Below are positions 27,001 through 34,721 of a DNA stretch of 40,863 nucleotides, piece by piece. The stretch is from a virus. Taxonomy: Duplodnaviria; Caudoviricetes. The stretch's first letter is position 1, and each line of letters opens with the position of its first letter. The DNA lies in IMG/VR virus record IMGVR_UViG_3300030397_000743, positions 1-40,863 of that record, one strand, 5' to 3'. The position numbers and the translations under genes were made by a program. Under the pieces are notes generated by a model. It saw nothing but the letters and a program-made list of their open reading frames with translations. It did no database searches and was not told the origin of the DNA.

Positions 27001-27207
27001 ATGAATATACTGGAATCCAAGATTCAGGAAATCGCACACTATATAATGAATCAAAAAAAGAACCATCAACGCAATGCTTGGACTAATGATCAAATAAAGG
27101 AACTGTTTCCGGGTGATGATTATGCTAATGCTTGGAGGTTGTTGAAACAAAGGGGGAGGCGAAATGAAACCATGTTTTACGAAGATGGTCTTTGGCACCT
27201 ATGGTAA
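27001..27207 (+). CDS. Hypothetical protein (68 aa)
   Basis: Closely packed ORF; flanked by an 18-bp imperfect direct repeat. Confidence 0.6.
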   Translation: MNILESKIQEIAHYIMNQKKNHQRNAWTNDQIKELFPGDDYANAWRLLKQRGRRNETMFYEDGLWHLW

Positions 27208-27259
27208 TCAATTTTTAATTACGAATAACCGAGCGGTTCGCCGCATAAAACCTAAGACT

Positions 27260-27511
27260 ATGACAATTAAGAAAATGCTAATAGAGGAAGTGGAAATAGG
27301 AATGGCTGTTTTCCACTTTCCACCTGAGCCATACACAAATGGTTACAAACGAGTAACCTCCATTACCCACCACACTATCAATCACGGAGTGGGCGATGTT
27401 CAACAGTACGTACACCTACATCTTTTTACAGGTGAGACATACCAAGTCCTAAGCGGTACTGAAGTTGAAGTCGAAATTATTAACGAGGACCCGGAAGGTT
27501 CCGACAAATAG
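27260..27511 (+). CDS. Hypothetical protein (~83 aa)
   Basis: ATG 27260 after an A-rich leader, in frame with track ORF 27164..27511. Confidence 0.6.
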   Translation: MTIKKMLIEEVEIGMAVFHFPPEPYTNGYKRVTSITHHTINHGVGDVQQYVHLHLFTGETYQVLSGTEVEVEIINEDPEGSDK

Positions 27512-27518
27512 AGGGTTT

Positions 27519-27590
27519 GTGCCTATAGCTCAGGGGTAGAGCATCTGGCTCATAACCAGCAGGCGGGGGGTTCGAATCCCTCTAGGCACA
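27519..27590 (+). tRNA. tRNA with CAT anticodon (elongator Met or Ile2)
   Basis: Acceptor GTGCCTA/TAGGCAC, D stem GCTC/GAGC, anticodon loop CTCATAA, TTCGAAT T-loop; no encoded CCA; lacks initiator features. Confidence 0.88.
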
Positions 27591-27595
27591 CTAAT

Positions 27596-27802
27596 ATGAA
27601 AACCATGTCACACATCAAACATCTACACCAGCAACAACAACAGGCTATTAAAGATATGGCCGAATCCCTACATCAGGGCATTGATAATTACTTGGAGGAG
27701 TTTGGGGATGTCATTGAAGGAGAAGTTACTACTGGAGAAGTCTTTGCTCAGGTAGCTTTTGAATTTGGATTGCTGTCACTCTCAAAAGAATCAGGTGAAT
27801 AA
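27596..27802 (+). CDS. Hypothetical protein (68 aa)
   Basis: ORF immediately after the tRNA. Confidence 0.6.
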   Translation: MKTMSHIKHLHQQQQQAIKDMAESLHQGIDNYLEEFGDVIEGEVTTGEVFAQVAFEFGLLSLSKESGE

Positions 27803-27880
27803 ATTCACAACCGTCCTCGCTTCTCATTCGGTTAATGACTAAATTGTAATTATTAATAGGGTTTTAGGTGTTTATTTCAG

Positions 27881-27910
27881 ATAGCTCGCTTCGGCGGGCT
27901 ATTTTTATTT
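27881..27910 (+). terminator. Intrinsic terminator with C(UUCG)G loop
   Basis: ATAGCTCGC-TTCG-GCGGGCTAT followed by a T-run into GTCCT. Confidence 0.85.
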
Positions 27911-27944
27911 GTCCTGCCTATTCCAGCAAATACCCGCGACATTG
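27907..27944 (+). promoter_or_regulatory. Putative late promoter for the holin operon
   Basis: GTCCT at 27911; CGACATTG at 27937 (26 nt). Confidence 0.5.
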
Positions 27945-28006
27945 ATCCCGTCATCCCTGAACATATATCCACAAACCGATAGAAACACTATTCAAACCGG
28001 GGAGTA

Positions 28007-28537
28007 ATGAGAGACTTGAACAACCGCCACTTCAAAAATGGAGGTGATACAGAAATGAATTTTCAAGAATTATTAATGGAACTGGCACGACAGAATTCTG
28101 GCAAAGCTGCTCTTTCCATCATCGCTTCGTTTGTGTTGGGCCATCTTTTGCCGATCGCTCACTTTATCGGTATCGGTATCCTTTTGGTTACATCTGATTG
28201 GGTCACTGGGGTATGGGCCGCGATGAGGAGAGAAGAAAAGATTACATCTAAGGGATTGCGCCGAACCGTAGAAAAGATCTTCCTTTATTCATTAGCTATA
28301 TTGCTGGTGATGGTTGTGGAGTCGGCATTCTTCCATACGCATATTCTCACCGCTGCGGTGGCGCTTTATATTTCCTTGGTAGAGTTGTTTTCTAACCTGG
28401 AGAACATCAGCGACATAACCGGCAGCAATATCATATCGGCTTTCCGGAAGTCCTTATTTACCCGCTTTCCTGCACTTAAATACATATTCACGAATAAGAA
28501 GGAGCAAGAGCCAAATGATCAAGAAACTTCTGGCTAA
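28007..28537 (+). CDS. Holin (phage holin family 4-like); second start at 28055
   Basis: DWVTGVWAA...ITSKGLRRTVEK...ELFSNLENI motif with 3-4 hydrophobic segments. Confidence 0.8.
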   Translation: MRDLNNRHFKNGGDTEMNFQELLMELARQNSGKAALSIIASFVLGHLLPIAHFIGIGILLVTSDWVTGVWAAMRREEKITSKGLRRTVEKIFLYSLAILLVMVVESAFFHTHILTAAVALYISLVELFSNLENISDITGSNIISAFRKSLFTRFPALKYIFTNKKEQEPNDQETSG

Positions 28538-28608
28538 CATTTCGTATATTCGTATTAGCGATATGATTCGCGGTCAGTGGATACGTGCGGTTTCCATGAC
28601 TTGAGAAA

Positions 28609-29475
28609 ATGCCAGAAGTTGTTCTTAACGTCTCTCCTTTTGTGAAGCGGGTTTTTACCGCCCGTTATGGCGATGAGCCCATCAAGATTCACCGATCGGA
28701 TATTGTTTACCATTACTTGCAAGGAGATCCACTTGTGGCGAATAGGCATAGGTATCGATCTCTTCAAAAGTTGTTAACTGAACAACTAACGCTCAACGTT
28801 TCAAATCTCTTAGCCAGGCGACTACGTTCCCGGAAACGTCAGGTATATGTAGGCTACTACTTGCACAAGGTTTATCAGGATGAGATCCTGGTATTTGTAG
28901 ATGCCCAGGTGAAGGCTGGTATCCCTGCTCAAACATCAATGAAGCAGTGGCTAAATGAAAATGGAGTCCAGGAAGATGATTACGGACTAGACACAGCCTA
29001 TACCTCCTGGAAACGCAAGAAGAACTTCCTATCTAAAATAAAGAGCAGAAACAAAGGAAAAAGCAACACTTTCCAATGTGCTACTGACCCAGTAGAAATT
29101 ATCAAATATGAACAACTGAATCAGGTTCCTGAAGATTATAGAGATGTTATCATTGCGGCGAATGATCATTTCCAGGTTGGGTTCGTCAATTTACTATGTT
29201 GCTCAATTAGAATTGAAAGCGAAGCCAAAACCTTTACCTATATCTATACAGATGACCGTTCAGCCGAAATGGTCTATCCTAGAAAGGTTTTATGCTACGT
29301 CTTGAATAAATATTGTTGGCTTTCCGGATACGACATAGCCAAGTTTGTCAAAGTAAGTCCCTCCAGAATTTACGCTTACATTCGGGAAATAGAGTTTTCA
29401 GCTCAACATTACCCGGAGATTAAATCAGATATAGAAGCTCTCCTTACCCATAATACCAAGCCTATCCCGTGCTAA
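28609..29475 (+). CDS. Putative DNA-binding regulator with C-terminal DnaA-C/TrpR-like HTH
   Basis: RKVLCYVLNKYCWLSGYDIAKFVKVSPSRIYAYIREI resembles the DnaA domain IV helix pattern; basic N-domain. Confidence 0.5.
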   Translation: MPEVVLNVSPFVKRVFTARYGDEPIKIHRSDIVYHYLQGDPLVANRHRYRSLQKLLTEQLTLNVSNLLARRLRSRKRQVYVGYYLHKVYQDEILVFVDAQVKAGIPAQTSMKQWLNENGVQEDDYGLDTAYTSWKRKKNFLSKIKSRNKGKSNTFQCATDPVEIIKYEQLNQVPEDYRDVIIAANDHFQVGFVNLLCCSIRIESEAKTFTYIYTDDRSAEMVYPRKVLCYVLNKYCWLSGYDIAKFVKVSPSRIYAYIREIEFSAQHYPEIKSDIEALLTHNTKPIPC

Positions 29476-29508
29476 CGATCAGGCAGTTAGCACCTCTATT
29501 TTCGGGAT

Positions 29509-30789
29509 ATGGTCTACGACTTTTGTAAACTAATTGCGGTGGAAGGTCGCCTTTGTGCGATTGATTCAGGAGCGAACCGGCTGAATCATGGTTCTGTTAT
29601 TGAAACCATTTTCATCCAGGAAAAGGATATTGTCCGGCAACCGGATTACAATTTCGCCTTTGATGATCAGGCCGCCGCTGAACTGGTTGGGAGTTTAGTG
29701 CTTCGTTCCGGTGCTACCGGTTACCGCTTTCGGTTCACGCCAAGTACAGGACGATTTACCGAACCCATGCAGGAAACGGATGATGGCATCTTCTATCCGC
29801 AACTCCTTACTATCCAGATTCCTAAAGATCGGCCGGAGATCACCTGGTTAAAACATCATATTCGCTGGGGTAGGTATGCTATCCTATACCGTGATGGCAA
29901 TGGGAATACCAAGTTTATCCGCAGACAGCGCGTAAAGCTCGATCTATCAACCGGGCAAAGCATGGTCGATTACAATGGCCATACATTAGTTGCCAGGCGC
30001 TCTACTGATGAGCCTGCCCTTCATTGGCAATTATCTCCAACGGCAAGTCTGGAAAGTATCTTCACAGTAGCGGCTTTATTCTTTAAAACGGAATTTGTAA
30101 GCCTTCCAGAAGGATGGCAGGCCGGGAAAGTCATACAACTCAGCAGCACGCCATTTAGTAGTGAGTCTATGCTGGTGATCTACAACCAAGCGCCTCCACT
30201 ACAAGCGGGCAGTCATTTCACCCTAAACGGAGACAAGATCACCTTACAATTTGCAGATGATGTAGCTAGTGGTGATCCGGGTACGATTTACATCCTTTAC
30301 GCTTCGAATGATATTGGTACTGATATCGGGGCCTTTGTGCAAGGCAAAGAAACCAAGGGAGCCTCTTATAGTAATGGTTCTACGTTTGCTCTACCGTCTT
30401 CGCCGATCGACAGCGACAACCTACTGATCATCTATAATGATGCTCTCACTTTAGTACCTGGTACAGATTATTCTTTGGCCGGTAATACCGTTACCCATAA
30501 TTGGGGTGGGGATTCCGGTGATACATTTCGTTATTTCTTTGCGGCTGCCGGTGGTGGCCCTATTCCAATAAGCGGCTGGAAGCAGTATTCATTCCCTGTT
30601 GTTTCGGCCGAATCTTCTGGCTTTACATTCAATTTACCACATACGCCAATAGCCAATAGCCTTATGCTCCATTATGATGGTAGTGTATGGCTGGAAGAAG
30701 GCGTTCATTTTAATCTGACTGATGATGAAATCGAAATTTTATTTGATCTGCCTGCTGACAGCAGCCTGCTGGCTTGGTACGCATATTGA
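29509..30789 (+). CDS. Tail-tube paralogue fused to three beta-rich repeats
   Basis: N-domain aligns by eye with 37300..37833; three LxxxP...L.IYN...L..G..(F/Y).L....(I/V) repeats. Confidence 0.65.
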   Translation: MVYDFCKLIAVEGRLCAIDSGANRLNHGSVIETIFIQEKDIVRQPDYNFAFDDQAAAELVGSLVLRSGATGYRFRFTPSTGRFTEPMQETDDGIFYPQLLTIQIPKDRPEITWLKHHIRWGRYAILYRDGNGNTKFIRRQRVKLDLSTGQSMVDYNGHTLVARRSTDEPALHWQLSPTASLESIFTVAALFFKTEFVSLPEGWQAGKVIQLSSTPFSSESMLVIYNQAPPLQAGSHFTLNGDKITLQFADDVASGDPGTIYILYASNDIGTDIGAFVQGKETKGASYSNGSTFALPSSPIDSDNLLIIYNDALTLVPGTDYSLAGNTVTHNWGGDSGDTFRYFFAAAGGGPIPISGWKQYSFPVVSAESSGFTFNLPHTPIANSLMLHYDGSVWLEEGVHFNLTDDEIEILFDLPADSSLLAWYAY

Positions 30790-33781
30790 TCTTGTAGCCC
30801 AACCAGTTGTCAAACTGCGAAATATTGAGCCCGCGCCGGGGTCTGGCTATTCTCTGACTACCGGTGGAGATGGTAAATTGTATTATGTGACCTCCACCAA
30901 TGGTGCTATTGAGGTCAATCTGACCCCGATTGGCTATGTGCCGGCGGCATCTGGAAACACCTCTAACCTTAACGAAGTAGTCACAGATCCGAACGGAGAC
31001 GTTTGGATTATTGATGAAGGAGGTGATGCAATTAAAGTTTCTGTTGCTGGTTCAGGTGGTGGAGTTTCTGACGGTGATAAAGGAGATATTACGGTAAGTG
31101 GAAGTGGGAGTTCTTGGCAACTAAATTCGAGTGCCGTTGAATGGGATAATTTATCTACTCCAGTAAAGGACTCCATACAAGCTGGAGGTGCAGGAATAAC
31201 GGATGGTGATAAGGGAGATATCACCGTCAGTGGCTCCGGTTCAAATTGGCAATTAAATCCTTCTAGTGTGAGTTCTTCGGAAATTGCTACAGATGCGGTA
31301 ACCAGTTCTGAAATAGCAATTGGTGCAGTAGGTAACTCAGAGTTATCAAATACAGCGGTGACTCCAGGAAGCTACACAACGGCCAATTTCACAGTGGATG
31401 AAGACGGCCGAATAACTAACGCTTCAAACGGCACAGTAGGATCGGGCCTTCCTTTGGGATCGCCTAATAAATTTGTCAGTTATTCTAGGGATGGGGAGGG
31501 ATTAGCGGAATACATAGGAACAAGTCGTCAATCAACTGCCCGTGGTGATACAATCGTTTGGGTAGGTGATAGCAACTTCAACGGCAGGCCAGGACACCGC
31601 ACAGCATATGAAGCACATTTGTTTTGTGATGAGTGTCCAATGTCAGGAATAACTTCTTACAACATAGGAAAGAACGGAAGTACATTAGATGGATGGGTAA
31701 ATGGGATACGCACTACATCTTTTCAAGATTCCATATTAGCAGATTTTACAACTACATCTAACCCAACAAACGCCAATATTTGGCGGGTTAAAAATGGAGA
31801 TATTACCGGCGCAAAGCCAGGGTTAGTATTTATTTCTCTTGGTACTAATGATATAAGAAATGATGCAAACCGAGCAAGTATAGGTACAGAAAGTGAACTT
31901 AGGGCCAACTTAGATACACTTGTTAACTTCTTACTAGATAGCACGGCAGTAAATGTTTCATTATGGATACCGCCGCCAATTGGCCATATTGATGATGGTA
32001 GTTTCCCTACAGAATTTACAGATTCTACGGAGGCAGCTGCTTATTCGGCTATACTGCGAAAGGTTTATTTAGAATGGCAAGGAGTGCACCCCAGAGTCGA
32101 TGTATATGATACACATGCTGACATTTTCGGTACATCACTTGGAACTGTGGCCAATGGACCAACTGACCCGGCAGGAACTGCACTATTATTTGATGATAAT
32201 TTACATCCTTCTACGATTGGGTTTATTCGTCGAATTCAAGGGTTTATAAAACAAATTGATCCAGGTGCTGATATCGCCACTAGAAAAACCTATGTTATAC
32301 CAAAAGAATTTTATCAAGAGGCTAAATGGGGGCGCGTTTTTTATATGCGTACTAATCGTACCTCAAACAGCTTATTAGAATTAGAAGCCAATGTTCAAGC
32401 TTCTTTATTGGGAAATGATTACACATTGAATAACCAAGATAGTGGGCCTGCTAAACAAATTATCGATAATGAGAGTAATACCTTTTTTGGAGCCGAGCCA
32501 ATTTATCAGGAGATACTTTGGCTATCAACAAACGACCCAGACACAACATTCATTTATTTCCTCAAATCTGGGAATCAATATGCAGCTACATCAATTAATC
32601 ATAATCAGTATGTAGCAGGACCACCCGATTGGTTCCAAATGACGTTCAATGGAGCAAGTATTACGGAAGAGGCTGGGCCTGTGTTAATTTACCATAAAAA
32701 AACAGCCTCCATTCCTTTTGGTTCTGCTGCGGGAGGCGAGGTAAACACTGCTGCAAACACTGGTGCTGGAGAGGGTGTATTTGCCCAAAAAATAGGCACT
32801 GAATTACAGTTTAAAAGTCTTATTGCTGGTACTGGAATGAACATTTCTAGTAACGCCGACGAAATAACGATTACCTCTACCGGTGGCGGAGGTGGCATTC
32901 CTTATACAGGTGCAACTGATAATTTAACCTATTGGGCTTCCGGTGATTCTCTTTCTTATGTTCCGCGTACATATATGGGTGATGATGGGTACACTTTTGG
33001 AAACACAACAGCTGGCAGTGGGTATTTTACTATTAGGAATGATGTCACAAACGGACAAGATAAAAATGCGCTTTACATTCAGCAGCAAAGAACTTTCCCG
33101 GCAATTAGTATTAATAGTAATGTGAATGCGAACGGGTTAGAGTTTATTAAGTCATCCGGCACGGGTACTCTCCAAAGAATGACACTAGGAACTGCACAAG
33201 GGCGAGGCATAGATATTGATATAGATGATACTGGAACCTACCTATATAATTCGGATACATACGGAGCAAGGTTTGATGTAAATGTTTCAGTGGATCAGCC
33301 AGCTGGTTATGGTGTTTGGGCGCGAGCCACTAAAAACAGAAGTACAGTTGGAAGTAATACGGATTACGCTGTTGCTGTGAAAGGGATTACTAATGCCGGA
33401 ACAATGCCAGGCGACAAAGGGTATTGCTTTTGGGCGAACGCTCAAAGCGATAATGTAATACCATTTTTTGCTGAAACTACAGCAGGACATACATCTGATT
33501 TAATTCACATTAAAGTGAATTCTATTGAAGCGTTTGCTATTGAGGCAGATGGTGACGCTGTAATTACTGGTGATGCGTTGGTAAGTGGAAACGTAGATAT
33601 TACTGGTGATTTAGTTTTAGATAATGCTAATAACGTCCGCATTATTACAGGGTCCGGCACACCCGAAGGAGCTGTTACAGCTGGTGTGGGTTCTACCTAC
33701 CATAGGTCAGACGGCGGGGCTGGTACATCTTATTATGTCAAAGAATCAGGCACGGGTAATACCGGTTGGGTTGCAAAATAA
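30722..33781 (+). CDS. Fibre/spike-like protein with SGNH (GDSL) esterase domain and N-terminal signal peptide (1019 aa)
   Basis: SGNH blocks WVGDS, GKNG, LGTND, DNLHP; fibre motifs DGDKGDITVSGSG x2, VTPGSYTTANFTVDEDGRIT; C-terminal GSGTPEGAVTAGVGS...KESGTGNTGW. Confidence 0.8.
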   Translation: MMKSKFYLICLLTAACWLGTHIDLVAQPVVKLRNIEPAPGSGYSLTTGGDGKLYYVTSTNGAIEVNLTPIGYVPAASGNTSNLNEVVTDPNGDVWIIDEGGDAIKVSVAGSGGGVSDGDKGDITVSGSGSSWQLNSSAVEWDNLSTPVKDSIQAGGAGITDGDKGDITVSGSGSNWQLNPSSVSSSEIATDAVTSSEIAIGAVGNSELSNTAVTPGSYTTANFTVDEDGRITNASNGTVGSGLPLGSPNKFVSYSRDGEGLAEYIGTSRQSTARGDTIVWVGDSNFNGRPGHRTAYEAHLFCDECPMSGITSYNIGKNGSTLDGWVNGIRTTSFQDSILADFTTTSNPTNANIWRVKNGDITGAKPGLVFISLGTNDIRNDANRASIGTESELRANLDTLVNFLLDSTAVNVSLWIPPPIGHIDDGSFPTEFTDSTEAAAYSAILRKVYLEWQGVHPRVDVYDTHADIFGTSLGTVANGPTDPAGTALLFDDNLHPSTIGFIRRIQGFIKQIDPGADIATRKTYVIPKEFYQEAKWGRVFYMRTNRTSNSLLELEANVQASLLGNDYTLNNQDSGPAKQIIDNESNTFFGAEPIYQEILWLSTNDPDTTFIYFLKSGNQYAATSINHNQYVAGPPDWFQMTFNGASITEEAGPVLIYHKKTASIPFGSAAGGEVNTAANTGAGEGVFAQKIGTELQFKSLIAGTGMNISSNADEITITSTGGGGGIPYTGATDNLTYWASGDSLSYVPRTYMGDDGYTFGNTTAGSGYFTIRNDVTNGQDKNALYIQQQRTFPAISINSNVNANGLEFIKSSGTGTLQRMTLGTAQGRGIDIDIDDTGTYLYNSDTYGARFDVNVSVDQPAGYGVWARATKNRSTVGSNTDYAVAVKGITNAGTMPGDKGYCFWANAQSDNVIPFFAETTAGHTSDLIHIKVNSIEAFAIEADGDAVITGDALVSGNVDITGDLVLDNANNVRIITGSGTPEGAVTAGVGSTYHRSDGGAGTSYYVKESGTGNTGWVAK

Positions 33782-33785
33782 ATGC

Positions 33786-34214
33786 ATGAAGCTCTACCTT
33801 CCAATAGCTATACTTTTATTCATCGCAGGCCTATCCAACGGCCTGCACGAAACCATTCTCCACCACTACTCCTCCAGCCGCTTGCCGCAGCAGGGAGAGA
33901 AGTGGCATGATTGGTTAAACCCCGGTAGCAGCTGGGAGCTGAAGTATAAAGATTGGCCGGATGACAAACGGGCAGCTTTCCCAGGCAGCAAAACAGTATT
34001 GGTTTTCCTGACAGATGCCTACCACCTCACCAAATTCATCTATCATGGCTGCATTCGGGCAGCTTTGGTCATTGTCCTAATCAGCTTTATCGGGCAGTTG
34101 TATCATTGGACGCGATTAAAAAGATGGTTGTATGGTGTGGCGATATGGTTTATTGCTGCGGGCATTCAGGCCATCGGCTTTCATTTGCTTTACACACTAA
34201 TCCTACCACAATGA
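33786..34214 (+). CDS. Membrane protein (~142 aa)
   Basis: Three hydrophobic segments; FPGSKTVLVFLTDAYHLTK motif; ATG 33786. Confidence 0.7.
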   Translation: MKLYLPIAILLFIAGLSNGLHETILHHYSSSRLPQQGEKWHDWLNPGSSWELKYKDWPDDKRAAFPGSKTVLVFLTDAYHLTKFIYHGCIRAALVIVLISFIGQLYHWTRLKRWLYGVAIWFIAAGIQAIGFHLLYTLILPQ

Positions 34215-34651
34215 AAAAGAAAGTATCCGGAGCACTGATCACCACTGCTATTTTTTTTGCGGGCTTTGCCTTGGCCTTTACCATAAACCTGATCTGGCCA
34301 GGAGGACGCACCGCAAACGATACGGAGCCTATACAGATTCAATCTTTATACACTGACCCGGCCAAGGACACGCCCAAGGAAGAAAGCATCGAAATGCAGG
34401 CCCCCAAAGGCTTGGCATATGTATTCAATTACAAGGCCTACTTCCAGCGACCACTAACCACCAGCTCCGCTTTTCCGGATGATGATCGCACCGATATCTT
34501 TCTGGTGGATCAGGATATTACGCTCCACCAAATCTCTGGCAATCTGGGAAAGCTTCTTCGGGAAAAGCTCGTACTTCCCGATACCACCGCTGTTCAGCTC
34601 GGTGAAAGTGAGATCGAGTTCGTCACTTACTACCAGATTCCAACAGGATAG
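34211..34651 (+). CDS. Signal-anchored hypothetical protein (~146 aa)
   Basis: MKKK followed by a hydrophobic helix; ATGA-type overlap with the previous gene. Confidence 0.7.
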   Translation: MKKKVSGALITTAIFFAGFALAFTINLIWPGGRTANDTEPIQIQSLYTDPAKDTPKEESIEMQAPKGLAYVFNYKAYFQRPLTTSSAFPDDDRTDIFLVDQDITLHQISGNLGKLLREKLVLPDTTAVQLGESEIEFVTYYQIPTG

Positions 34652-34660
34652 CCACCTTCT

Positions 34661-34699
34661 TTTTGTCCTATTGGACTGCTGACCACCGCTTTATCATTG
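34661..34699 (+). promoter_or_regulatory. Putative late promoter for the head operon
   Basis: GTCCT at 34665; TATCATTG at 34692 (27 nt). Confidence 0.65.
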
Positions 34700-34721
34700 C
34701 TCCATACAATTATACAGATGT

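Noticed and set aside
16948-30739. Phosphatase and fibre both start MMKSKF
   Set aside because: Only six residues of a generic basic signal n-region, with no further similarity; probably coincidence.
30722-33781. Diversity-generating retroelement or shufflon acting on the fibre
   Set aside because: No reverse transcriptase, no TR/VR pair and no second recombinase seen.
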